This document shows positions 38,386 to 51,180 of a stretch of 64,000 bases of DNA, one piece after another; within the stretch, counting starts at the first letter, position 1, and the number at the start of each line of letters is the position of its first letter. This DNA is from Azolla caroliniana. Its lineage: Eukaryota; Plantae; Polypodiophyta. The position numbers were made by a program, and so were the translations under genes. The stretch is from positions 9,052,001 to 9,116,000 of the forward strand of contig JBHGNT010000002.1 of the NCBI GenBank assembly GCA_043228905.1, written 5' to 3'. A model generated the notes under the pieces. It did not search any database. It saw nothing but the letters and a program-made list of their open reading frames with translations, and was not told where the DNA came from.

Positions 38386-41298
38386 ATGGAGAGACAAAAC
38401 CTCCGCCTCACAAAGTCCCTCTCATTTCTCGAGAACAAAGCACTAAGCGCACACAGCCGATTAAGAGTGATCAAACGAATGCAAGAGGAACACACAAACG
38501 TACTAATTCTACCAAGTCCCACAAACTCAGACGACGAGATGGAACACATGGCACTCTCGGAAGCGACCAAGAAATGGTTCAAGCAACACAGGCTGGAAGG
38601 GTTCCTAAGAATAGTCGAGGCACCTCCACACAGCGAGGCGAAGAAAGTCGTGCAGGAGATCAATACGGAGGTCATCAAAGAAGAGGCCATCCACGCCATG
38701 ACCGGCCTACCAGAGGGCAGATTATTCTCAATCGACAACCCTTCACCGAAGATGCTAACGAAGTTCTTTGGTGAGTACTCCCTAGCCAGCAAGTCATACC
38801 GCACGCAAGGCGGCGAGGACGATCTATTCCGAGAGGTCGCTCGTGTGCTTCATGAGTATGGCCATGTATACCTTCGACCCTTAGCTATGCCAAAAAACAG
38901 AGCCGGTATTATTAGAGCGACTTATGAGGGAGTATAAGTAGATTGGCCGGTGATCATCACCGACTGTCTCAGCACGGCCATAGAATCAGTAAAGGATGGC
39001 AAGAAGATGTGGACGATGGTGGTGCAATGGCTCACTCTTTTAGCACCGCCGGTAGACCCGATGCAGCCGAAGAAGTGGGGGCGACCGACTGAATCAACCC
39101 CCAACCAATCTTCGAAAAGGCAGCAACTACTGGCTTAACAACCAATCGGATTGAAAGCGGTCAGCTCCTCATAGAAGGCAAAGGAGCAGCCTAGTCGGAA
39201 GCGTATGGCAGAGAAGGAGACACCGGTGGAACCACCGGTGAGACCTTTAAAAACTAAGTTGTGCCGGCCCGAACAACTATCGGCACAACAACAGGAGCAA
39301 GACCCCTTGGCAGCGTTAATCAATAGCGGAACCCTAGCAGAGGAGCAAGAAGAAGAACCTGTCGAGCCCCTATTACGTCGCAAACAGAAACGCGACGAGG
39401 GCCACAAAGGGGAGGAATCAAGTCCGGTAAGGGAAAATATACCAAAGCCTTGCCCCGAGGAACCGCAGCCAAGGAAGGAATCAGAACCGGTTCAACCAGA
39501 TCCGGTGTTAGTAGCACCTGTGTGGCAAGAAGTAGTGGAACCGGATTTTCAAAAACCGGTGATTGAATTGTTGGTGTCGCCGACGCAACAACAACAGCAA
39601 AAACAGGAACTACTACTCACCACCCAGAATAGGTTCCCGGCGAGTGGGGAAGCTAAACAACGCCCCGAACCGACACGACAACAAAGCACCCACAGCCAAA
39701 GGCTACGGTGGATAGGAGAACAAGTGGTTGGGGTGGTGTGCCAAATAGAAGTAGAGGAGAGAGGACACGCGGACCGGTTGCTCGCCACAATTGAAGAACT
39801 AGAGAAGGCCCTATTGAGAATCCGGAGCATAGAACAAGAAATGGAAAAGACCAGGGACGAGGCGGCGGAGCTGATCATCAAAGGACTAACAAAACAATTA
39901 GAACCGGTGGCACCGTTGAGTGTACAAACTAATAAGACCCCGGTGCCTGAAACAGTCTCGGATACGAATAAGGCACAAGAACAAGAACTCGCCACACTGA
40001 AAGAAGAATTGGAAGCCCAAGAGGCCTTAAGGGCTAGAGAATGTGAAGGGAAGAAGGCGGCGGAGGAGGAAGAACAAAAGAAATTAGCCGAAAGCCTTCG
40101 GCGAGCCGAAGAAAGCCTGAGAAAAGGTCATCAAGCATATGACCGATTGAAGGAAGAAAAAGAAAAACTCCTATAGGAAAAGGAAAAACTCCGGTGCCCG
40201 GTGGAAGTAGAGATCAAGCGACTCAAGGAAGAGCTCCGACAACAAAACGACCGGGAAGACCGTGCTCGCCGTCTGATCAATCAAAGGCTGAAACAAAAAA
40301 TGGACGACTTTGATCGGCTGCACCAGGATCACAAACACTTGGATGCGGAACACAAGAAATTGAGCACCGAAAGTGATCAGCAGCAAGAGAAGTTACGGGA
40401 ACTTTGGGATGAGGTTAACCGGATAGCGGCGGCCCTGGTGGAGGAACAGTCGACCTATCAGACACAGCTCATGCACTACAGAAGCCAAGAAGTGGCAACC
40501 GCGATCCTTATCAAACAATTGAAGGACGAAAAATAGGTTACGGAGAATAAGTCGAAGATGGGGCTAGGGCGAATCCGTGATCTGATGCGAACATGGAGAG
40601 ACCGGACGAAGAGACTGGTGGAAGAAAGTTCAATTCAATGGTGGTCTCAATGCACTAAGCAGGCAACGGAGTTACAATTGCTGAGAGCAGATGCGGAGAA
40701 CTGGAGGAAGGACGGCGACAATTTCTATAAACTGGACGAGGAGAACATTGTAGCCATAAGGGAGGAATTGTCGGACGACTTCTTGTCGTTAGCCGAGGAC
40801 CAATTGGCAGCGGTGAGGCGATTGGTGGAACAGTTGGACGACGACCAACTGGATACACAACTCCAGTTCGAGCGGTATGAACGAGAATGGCGACGGCAAG
40901 AGGTGGCCAGAAGAACTGTGGCGATCAATATCAGTGATGAAGAGTAGTCTTCGGAGCAGGCGCCAAATGAAGCCGGATCTGGGGGTAGCCAGCCGAACAT
41001 AACTCCAGAGGAGCAACCGAAGGATGAAAACCTACACACCAGAAACCATCAGCAGGAGGAGCCCGAACCCACAGAACCAGAACCGGAAGCCTCGAGACTA
41101 GTGGAATTGGAGAGACCATAGCAGCAGATGCAGGAGGGGCCCGAACCAGTAGAACCGGAACTGGAAGCCTCGAGACGAGTGGAACCGGAGAGATCGGAGC
41201 AACAGCAGGAGCAGCAGCAGTAGACGACGGAGGAGCTACCCGATGAGCCTTTAGAACCCTTGGACCATAGCATTCTGGACATTTTGGAGGAAGATTGA
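38386..41298 (+). pseudogene. Extra ~970-codon ORF 3' of integrase (globular N-domain, P/E-rich linker, coiled coil, acidic tail)
   Basis: ORFs 38377, 38950, 39205, 40201 and 40558 are all in one frame, broken only by stops; homolog at 53200-53960. Confidence 0.8.
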
Positions 41299-44200
41299 AG
41301 GGCTAACCTTGGGATTCGACGTACAAGGTACTGTCCCACGGGTGTGCCATGTGTTGAATGGCAAAGACTTAAAAGCCGGATAAATTCCAGAATGGGAAAG
41401 GGTTAATCATTTTAGAACTATGTATAATTATTTTGAGAAGCGAACGGACGGACCCGGGATTGGTATGCCGAACCGGATCCTGACCGATTCGTGGCCGGTT
41501 GTCGGTTGGCACCGGTTCATACCCAGAGCTGGTGACCTATAAAAGGACCGGTTCGATTGTAATCAGTTAGATTGAAAGTATTATTGTTCTACATCTTCTT
41601 TAATCTTGGAGCTTAGTTAATTATCGTTTTGTGTCTAATATAATCTATCTTACACGTGTATTACGATCATTAACCCCTCCGGTTAGTGGCCAGTTAGGAA
41701 TACGTTTATATCATGGTCTACGCCTACCCCCACTTGCACCACCCCTTTGGTGAAGTGTCCTAGAGGGACACCGTGTGTTAGGGCTAGTCCCGCCCCAAGG
41801 AATAACACAGTCGCTCATTCAACCCGCTCAGCCGAAATGAGATTGGACTTTCATTTAGAGTACCGAATCCTTCTTCATCGTTTGCTTGGATCGTTTCGGG
41901 GTCATTGGTCTCATCTTCCGGAATCAGGTCGGAGTCGGCAGACAGTACCATGATGCTGACTCATCAAATTCGACATCTCGGCTCACTCGAACTTGTTTTG
42001 TTAGGGGGTTATAGCACTTATAACCCTTTTTCTCATGTGAGTAGCCGACAAGGATGCACTTCTCCGATTTCGGGTCTTGCTTACTCCACTTCTCATCTGG
42101 CACAAGCACATATGCAATGCTACTGAATATCTTAAGGTGCCTTAAATTCAGCTTCCGCCCGAAATACAGCTCATGTAGTGACACCATATCCCCGATCTAC
42201 TTTTGGATGTAGACGGTTGTCCGGACCGCTTCGGCCCAGTAGAACTTAGGCATGCTCTTCTCTTCTAGCATTGCTCATGTCGCCTCCATAGTTGACCGGT
42301 TCTTCCTTTTGGCCACACCGTTTTGTTCTAGTGTGTATTGAAAACTGAATTCCCTCCGAATTCCTTTCTGCTACAGATAATTGTTGAATTGGTTGGAAAA
42401 GTATTCTTTTCCTCCATCTGACCATAGATACCTGATCTTCCTCTCCGTTTCCCATTCCACAAGGTTTTGTAGGTTCCGAAAATAGTTGAAAACTTCGCTT
42501 TTCCTTTCGATCAGCTAGATCCATGTGTGCCACTCTAGTCGTAGATCAAATATCGGCTCCTCCCAAGAGTTACGTTTTGTGTTGGTCCCCATACATCTGA
42601 ATGTATCAAGTCGAGCTTGTTATGGCTCCGATTCTTTCGGTGGGGAACGGAAGCCGGTGTTGCTTCCCGAACTGGCAGGCTTCATAAATTTGGGCCTTCC
42701 AGCCACGGATTTTTGGCAATCCGAAAACAACATGTTTCGATTACAGGTCTTGAAGCCTCTCGTAGTTGATGTGGCCGATCTGCTTGTGCCACAAGTCAAT
42801 ATCCAACTTGACTTTCTGTCCTTTTGCAAACAAAGTGGTGCCAACGTCATTGTTGTCGAGGATAAACATCCTCCTATTCCGACGACCTTGTGCAATGATC
42901 CGTCCCTCTTCTTCGATGAAACATCTGAGATGTGTCTGACTAACACAAGATTCTTTGTGATAGTCGGTACTTGCAGGACATTCATCAGCTTTCTATTCTG
43001 CCTGACATGCCTGAGAGGAACCTCACTAATGTGCTCGATAGTATAACGAGTGTCGTCTCCCGTTTCAACAACTCCCGATTGCTCCGGTTTTTCCAAGAAT
43101 GAAAACTATTCTTTGTGGTTCGTCATATGGTTCAACGCTCAGGATTCTACATACCACACTTCCTTTGAACCGGAAGTCGTCTTCTTCATCGAGTTAGCCT
43201 TGTGTTTCATCATGAAGGCTGGGCCTGTTCCATTTCCGGAATCGGATCCTTCCAGTCCTTCCGCGTAGTGCGAGCTTTGTCGGCTTCCTAGTCCAGCCTT
43301 GCCGAATTTGGATTTTCCGAATCGGCGCACTTTTTCCAACACTCGCTCTCTCTATGACCGTTCCGACCACGGTACCAACATTCAATTGCAGTCTTCTCTT
43401 TCCGGTTTCCAGCTCCGATTGGACCCCCCGGCCCCCCCCCCCCCCCACGCTCCCCCGCTTGTGGAGTGGCCAGAACTGTTGTCGGCACTATTTCCATGCC
43501 TCTAATCCGCCTCATCCGCTACAAGCACGGGGCCGATCCACCTCCATGTACAACATCTTGTTGTAAGTGTGCGTGCTTGTTGATACACCCGCATGGTTCT
43601 CCTCTACAAGGAGCATCGACTGTAGGTCGAAAAATGAGGGTGTATTCTCCCTTATACAAACCGTTGTCCGAAATGCTCTGAACTTCTATGCCAAACTCCC
43701 TAGACAGACCTGCACCATCTCATCTTCCTCAACGGTCGCGTTGATAGATGCAAGTAAGTCGCAGATGTCTTTGATCCGCGCTGTGTAATTGGCCACCGAC
43801 ATGTCCCTCTGTCGGACATTGCTTAACTCCTATCGGAGTTGCAGCTTCCATGTCATGGTGCTAGCGACGAAGACCTTCTATAGTTTTCCCCATGCTTCCT
43901 TTGGCATCTTGGCATCCCGGATATGGCTGAGCAGCTGATCACCAACACTGGATGCGAAGTAGTACATTACCCTGGTAGCCGCTTGTTCCCAAGCCAGGAA
44001 GTCCTTGTGTGCCACATCAGGTGCCGTGTCGTTAGCTCCGTCAACATAACTCCAATGACCGTGCCCGGGAAGGTATTGGGGCATCTTGTACGACCAAGAT
44101 GCCTAGTTGTCAAGCTTTTCCGTCAGAAGCAAGCTAGCCATTCCTCGATCCATTCTAACTTTCTTGATTTCTGTTCTCTACAGGATATTAGGGTTTTTCT

Positions 44201-46249
44201 TGAAAAGCAGTTGTCGGCTACCGAGGTTCTCAACCCTCGCGCTCTGATACCATGACAAAGTAGATATGGGAAGCTAAGACAAAACCAGCTCAGGCCGATA
44301 GCAAAAGAAGACAGACACATGTTTAATGGAAATCTTACGAGAGAGAGAGAGACAGAGTTAGAGCAGAACAACATAAACTCAATTCAAAATCATAACACTA
44401 TGTACATAAAAATGCCCTATGGAACACTTTTTATACAAGTCCCTAAAAGGACTGACAGAAGTACTGACAGGTACTTCAATGCTCATACGAGTGACTAACA
44501 CTGACTCCCAAAAATATGCCTATATACTAGGCTAGATTCTTAGGCCTCTATCGGCCTGCCAATTCATCCTGATCTGTCTCTTCATTCTAGATATCTATCA
44601 GGTTCTTCATTCTGGATACTGATCCAGCTCTAGCTTATTCAGCCGATTCGGATCCGTTGAGGTTATCCGCTCAACAGAACTGAAGCCCAATCAGACGAGG
44701 AGGCAACGGAAGTCGACACCGACATGGAGGATCCAACGGGTCGAGGGGCACCAACACTGTGACAACAAGGGAGCAACAGATAAGACAATCAAGATGGTCG
44801 AGGAGAGTGGAACTGGACAGGTCGAGGAAAGTAGGACCGGACCAGATCAGGAGACCGAGACAAGCGGGAGGACGCTGGGTGGAGACGGAGGAAAAGACCG
44901 ACAAACACAAACACAAACACTACAATCCGACCTCAAGTTGAGCTTGAGAGGGAGTGTTGAGCGGACAAGCTCAACCGGATCCGGATCAGTTGAACAATCC
45001 AGATCCAGATCGGAGACCGGAATGAAGAACCAGATCGGTGTTCGGAATTAGGAGCCGGATCAGATTGTAACCGGTAGGCCGTTACAAATACTTTCTCGCC
45101 AAAGCTAGTACAAACTTTCAATCCTTCCAGTCGAGGGCGCCGGTGGTCCCGCTTCATTTTGCAAACACGCGAGGATTTCCTCGACATATTTCTTGGTGAA
45201 CCCGACGTGAAGAAGTGGTGGGAACGATCAAGACAAGGATCAACCAATACTTGGAGATGGCATCGTCAAGCAATCAGGCGGGACAGTTCAAAAGGATGAT
45301 GGTAATCATCGAACAAATGATGAGATCTCGGGACAACGATGCGAGCGTGGAGAAGGTTTTCAAGCATGTCGTGGAGGTTGTGGGTCAATTTAATGGAAGG
45401 AACATTACGGAGTTCCTTGATGCATACAAAAGGGAGATGAATCAGAGGGACATGTCTGAGGCACATCAAATCTCGAGTTTCAAGCTAGTTGTTGCCAACA
45501 ACGTCCAATGGCAGGTCATCGAGTTCCAAGAAGGGAGACAACGTGGTCCGAGTTCAAGAAAGCAATATTAGCAGAGTTCGCGACCGAGTATCTGTCGAGG
45601 ATGTCTCGACATGACTTGATTAAGTGGATAGAGAAGAAAAATAAGAAGATGAGCGCATCGAGGGTATACAACGAGTTTGATAAGATGTTTAGTCATCTCC
45701 CCGCCATAGACGAAGAGTTGCTTGAATAGGACAAGACTTTGTACTTCCTAAAAGTTATGGATGTGAAGATAGAAGAGAATTGGGAACTCTCGTCGAAGAT
45801 GACACCCAAACGAACCAGCTTGTGGCAAATTGGATTGTGGTGAAGCAAGCGTGTTGGAGGCTCAACAAGCGTTGTCAATGGCTTGAAGACATTAACTTGG
45901 TAGGGCTGAGAGTACGAAAGAAAAGACCATCTAAAGTAGTCGAGCCATCTAAACAAAGCAACTTGGATGAAAAGAAGATTGATGATGACTTTAAGGACAA
46001 TGAAGGCCACTTTGAGGGAGGATGAATGTTTCGGAGCACGCTGTCGTGAAGGATTTGCTTCACGATATAAAAATAAATTTAAATATTGAATTCAGTAATA
46101 TTTCAAACACTTGAACCCACAACCTTATAAGACAAGTACAATGTATATACCTTGTTTTTAGAAATGTTGTCAAGAATGGGCTTCACTATATAAGAAAAAA
46201 CTTAAATATTGTATTAAGTAAAGTTGAGGGACTTGAACCCTCAACCTGA

Positions 46250-46625
46250 GGGACTTGAACCCTCAACCTTGTATATCAAGCACAAAGCATACACCACTAA
46301 GCTAGGTTATTTGTTTTAAGGTTATATCCATCATTATACTTATCCCAATACATGGGAGCTTAAATGAGCATGATGGCCATCATTCATCACATGCAATGCA
46401 TGTGCGCCAAATGGCGATCATGCATTACATGTAACTCATGCATTGCATGCATGCCATGCTCCCATACATTACCATATGCATGGGAACACTTATATAAAGA
46501 GGGGCAAGGAAAACAAGAGGGGATGAAGAGAGAGTGAGAAAATAAGACAATCAAGTAGAGAAGACTAGCTCATTGGGTGGAGAACCTCTCGTTTCGAAGT
46601 GAGGTCGTGGGTTCAAATCAAGGGT
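46250..46625. promoter_or_regulatory. Two divergent tRNA-like A/B-box modules flanking the TATA box in the F LTR
   Basis: Minus 46250-46305: TAGCTTAGTGG...GGTTCAAGTCC; plus 46566-46625: TAGCTCATTGGG...GGTTCAAATCA; TATATAAA ~46491. Confidence 0.65.
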
Positions 46626-47019
46626 CGATAGAGAATGTGTTCAATTTGCGATCAAGGATTGTAAAGTTGGTAAAATATTGTCTTTTAAATATACATCATG
46701 TTTATATCAAATACTCTTGCTTCTTGAATCATACTTTGTCTCAATCTTCCTTCTTAAATCATACTTGGTCTCTATGTTGCTTCCTGAATCATATATTGTC
46801 TCTATCTTCTATCTATTCTCGTCTCTCTCTCTCTCTCTTACACATTAGTCGCAACTCTTCTTCTTGCTATTCTTAACCTTTCTAACATCACCATACAAGC
46901 CTTATTAAAATTTATGTTCCTTCAACTCCCCTTAACCTTAGTCCCTGCGACTTCGCCGCACAAACCACAACTACCCCGACACATTTGGTGAACCCGACAT
47001 GAAAGCGGCGACGAGGAGA

Positions 47020-49075
47020 AATGGAGGAGCAAATGAGGAGGAGCAAATGAGGCTTATGTGTACGATGATGGATTGAGTGATGCGGGAACAAGGGATAATG
47101 GCAAGCATCGACAAAGCCGTCGACAATATTCTCACACGAGTAGGAATCTTCGAAGGTATAAATTTAACAAGATTTCTGAAGATTTATAACGAAGAAATGC
47201 TTAAACGCGGTGTCAACGAAGCTGCAAAAATTAATAGCTTTAGTCGAGTCACTGCGATTGGGCTACAAGAAAGGATCCAGGAGCTACAGAGGGAACATCA
47301 GACATGGGCGACTTTCGAAAGAGCATTGCTAAATGAATACAACCTCAACGATATGTCAAGGATGACAAGGAGAACTTTCATGGATTGGGTAGAGTCTAAT
47401 AAACATTTACGTGTTTTGGAAGTATTAAAAGAGTTTTCGGAAAGATTTGAGCAACTAAATATTAGAGATAGAAATATAATAGTGCCAGATAAAGTAATAT
47501 TGTTTCTACAAGCTACTAATATTAAAGACAGGAAGGACTTGGGAATGCTTTTAGAAGATCAGAATAGTCCAAGTGGACTTACTGAAGACTAGGAGGAGGT
47601 GAAAAGGGCATGCGCCCATTTCTGCAAAAGAAAGTTGTGGTTTATGGAGTTGCCCGACAGAAATGATGAAGAAATGGGGAACGAGTCAAGAGAAAAGAAA
47701 GTAGAAGAATCACTCTTACACGAATTGGTGAAAGGCATGAAAGACTTGTCGATCAAAGTGACGAAGCTAGAATCGGGACAAAGCTCAACTTCATCAAGGC
47801 AGGGAGGTGGAATGGTCCGAAGGTGTATGTGGTGTGATAGTATTGACCACCAAAAGAAAGATTGTCAAGAACATAGGGATTCTCTTAATCATGATAAAAT
47901 CTACTATCAAGATGGAAAGATTCACTCGACAAAGACTCAACAACCAATCCAGCTCAACTTCGGGAAAGGTGGAATGAAAAAGCTAATGGAAGATGCTGAG
48001 AGAGAAACGACTCAAGCGATACAATCCGTGACAACGTTAGGGTTGCATGTAGAAGACTCATATGGTGGATCTGACTTTTGGCAGGGTGTGATGGAGTATG
48101 CAAGAAAAGGGAAGGTTCGAGTAGATGAATTAAAAAGAGCAGGAGATGAAATACGACACTTCACTGGATGGAATGATCCAGTAGACGCACTATCAGCATT
48201 TGCCCAAGTGAATGCACAAGATGTACTAGTGGAAGAGAAGCGAAAGAGAGATGAGGAGGTTAATCTAGCAAGAAGGCATGAGACACAAGAACAAGAGAGA
48301 AGAGAGATGGAAAAGGATGCTCCTGAGTTGAAAGAAGCTGATAAAGTAAAAGGGAAGACAAACCCAACTTTACAGCTTGCTTCGGACATAGAAGACGTGA
48401 CAGATTTAAAACACATCATGGAAGAAGTTATGAGAGTGTGTTTAGCAACACTCCAAGATCTAGATCGTGACACCATCAATGTTGCAAGTGTAAAGAAGAT
48501 AAATAATATTGCAATTCATGAAGGGGATGGGAGTCATTATACAAAGAACATTGGGCTCAAGCAACAACAGAGGCACCTACAAAAATTGTGGAGCAACAAA
48601 TTCCTTATATTTCTTTGATAGATCATGGATAAAAAATTAACATGATGTCTTCGGAATGTTATGCTCAAGGAAGGTGACCAATCGATAAGAATCATGGGTC
48701 GAAGAAAAGAGTTGCAACACAGATGACGGAGGATCTATTCGGAGCATGTCCCAGTGTGAAAGTAGCAATGGGAGATGTGTCGGTGGATCAAAATTACTAT
48801 GTGCAAGATGAATCAACCTACCCCATTATCCTTGGTCAACCATACAATAGCGTAGTAAGTATGGAAACAAAGGATGTTGAACCATACATCAACGTAGTAA
48901 GGATGGAAACAATTGTGATTAATGATGATTCGACTTTCGTGAGGATCAAGAGTCAGGATGGAAGGAAGAGGGGCCAGTTCTTAACCATGACGTCTAATCG
49001 TAAAAGAAACAAAGAATGGTGGAGGGAACATCCAGTTTAAAAACAGAATGAAGAGTTTTTTCAAAATTTTCGATG
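47020..49075 (+). pseudogene. gag: F gag-protease
   Basis: VGIFEGINLTRFL, CMWCDSIDHQKKDC, IDHG, PIILGQPY. Confidence 0.9.
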
Positions 49076-51180
49076 AACTTTGCACAACCGGTGTGCAAGT
49101 TCAGAGGGGGTGGGTGTCGTGAAGGATTTGCTTCACGATATAAAAATAAATTTAAATATTGAATTCAGTAATATTTCAAACACTTGAACCCACAACCTTG
49201 TTTTTAGAAATGTATATACCTTGTTTTTAGAAATGTTGTCAAGAATGCGCTTCACTATATAAGAAAAAACTTAAATATTGTATTAAGTAAAATTGAGGGA
49301 CTTGAACCCTCAACCTTGTACATCAAGCACAAAGCATACACCACTAAGCTAGGTTATTTGTTTTAGGGTTATATTCATCATTATACTTATCCCAATACAT
49401 GGGAGCTTAAATGAGCATGATGGCCATCATTCATCACATGCAATGCATGTGCACCAAATGGCGATCATGCATTACATGTAACTCATGCATTCCATGCATG
49501 CCATGCTCCCATACATTACCATATGCATGGGAACACTTATATAAAGAGGGGCAAGGAAAACAAGAGGGGATGAAGAGAGAGTGAGAAAATAAGACAATCA
49601 AGTAGACAAGACTAGCTCATTGGGTGGAGAACCTCTCGTTTCGAAGTTGAGGTCATGGGTTCAAATCAAGGGTCGGTAGAGAATGTGTTCAATTTGCGAT
49701 CAAGGATTGTAAAGTTGGTAAAATATTTTCTTTTAAATATACATCATGTTTATATCAAATACTCTTGCTTCTTGAATCATACTTTGTCTCAATCTTCCTT
49801 CTTAAATCATACTTGGTCTCTATGTTGCTTCCTGAATCATATATTGTCTCTATCTTCTATCTATTCTCGTCTCTCTCTCTCTCACACATTAGTCGCAACT
49901 CTTCTTCTTGCTATTCTTAACCTTTCTAACATCACCATACAAGCCTTATTAAAATTTAGGTTCCTTCAAGTCCCCTTAACCCTGCGACTTCGTCGCACGA
50001 ACCACAACTACCCCGACAACGCGTCATGTTCGAAACATCAGATGATGGAGTAGTAAGCCCAATCAAAGCTTGTGTCAAGGGAGATAAAGAGTGCGAGGCT
50101 GATGTGACAGAGGATCTAGCCACTAAAGATGACATCAAGGAGGTGGCTATCAACAAGACAACATGAGACCGAAGAGACGGAAGGTGGCAGCGGGGAAGTG
50201 AAGGATGAAGTCAATGCGGATAACAACATCGAATCGAAGTTAGATATGGATGATTCGATGGTGAATGGTGGTGACAAGACTTTCCCCACACTAGTTCTAG
50301 AGACTTGGGTAGTTGCGTTCAAGAACCAACATAAGACCCAAAAGACGGGAGGTGGCAGTGAGGGCAAGTTCAAATCCGATGTGAAAGTTGACATCAAGGC
50401 AAAGATGTCAGAGGAAATTGACCGAAGACAAATGGATTCCTTCATACATATTCTAGAGACTTGGGCAGTTGCATTTCCAAGCCAACGTGAAACCCAAGAG
50501 ACAGAAGGTGATAGCGGGGAAGCGAATCTCCAAGCCGATGCAAATAACGAGTTCAGGGCACGACCGACAAATACATATGGATCTCTCCACACTCATTCTG
50601 GAGACTTGGGCATTAACCAATGTAAGACCCAAGAGAAGGATGGTGATGAAGACGAAGCAATAATTGAAGTTGATGTGTGCAACAAAGAGTCCGAGCAAAG
50701 TATGACCAGGAATGACTATGGCCAACCAAGCCATGAGGATCCGAAGGATGTGATTAAAACATCTAGCAAAGACACTAGTGCGAAGATTGTCAACTATTAG
50801 ATGAGATTGTACCATGAAGGTGGAAAAAGTGAGAAACATAGAGTATGGTCACATAAGGATCTCGAAGTGGGCATGCACTTGAAGGTACTACATGGGGTAG
50901 TCAATGTCATTATTCAGATAAAGACTTGGGTAGAAAGACACGAAACAAAAATGCAAGATGGGTCAAAGTGCCTTGAGCAAGGAGACAATCGGGACAAAGG
51001 TGGTACATGCATGAGGCCTAAAAGGGGCCATGATAATTGGTCATGGTAAAGCAAAGAATGAGAGAATGATATGGTGGATTGGGAGGTGACATTGGTTCAG
51101 GTGGAAGGAATGGACGTGCTCAAAATGGAGGAACAAAGTCGGCATAGGTTTGGAGAGTAAAGATCATCAAGAAAAGACAA

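Larger units (their letters stand above)
36221..41807 (+). mobile_element. Tat/Athila-like (non-chromovirus) Ty3/gypsy composite H: RH-IN, extra ORF, 3' LTR 41352-41807
   Basis: [42 protein letters not shown]; copia frame NERL|SRND rejoins across it. Confidence 0.85.
32930..44676 (-). mobile_element. Chimeric Ty1/copia J, inverted inside K, hosting H
   Basis: 3' LTR ~32930-33342 with PPT 33343-33353; 5' LTR 44253-44676 with PBS-Met 44241-44252; gag 43100-44150, IN 41810-42600, RT 34790-35940; RNase H present twice. Confidence 0.88.
22981..45086 (+). mobile_element. Ty1/copia K, largely deleted (5' LTR 22981-23255 plus 32738-32849; PBS 32850-32861; 3' end 44677-44954; shortened 3' LTR 44955-45086)
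   Basis: TGTTGAGCGG LTR starts at both ends; TSD AATAT 22976-22980 / AATAC 45087-45091; PPT GAGAGGGAG before 44955. Confidence 0.82.
46042..50018 (+). mobile_element. Trp-primed gag-protease-only LTR element F
   Basis: LTRs 46042-46981 and 49115-50018; PBS 46986-47003; TSD ACGC/ACGC; PPT ~49104-49114 shortly after the protease. Confidence 0.96.
22297..51180 (+). mobile_element. Non-autonomous Trp-primed Gag-acidic-repeat element L (5' LTR 22297-22980 plus 45092-45186; gag 45260-46037; repeats 50023-51130), hosting K and F
   Basis: LTR continuity across the K TSD AATAT/AATAC; PBS 45194-45211; coding continuity across the F TSD ACGC; 3' end cut by M. Confidence 0.82.

Noticed and set aside
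38386-41298. env gene
   Set aside because: No evident signal peptide or transmembrane helix; the sequence is mostly charged coiled coil.
46566-46625. Functional tRNA genes in LTRs
   Set aside because: No convincing acceptor stem or canonical 7-nt anticodon loop; reported only as tRNA-like promoter modules.
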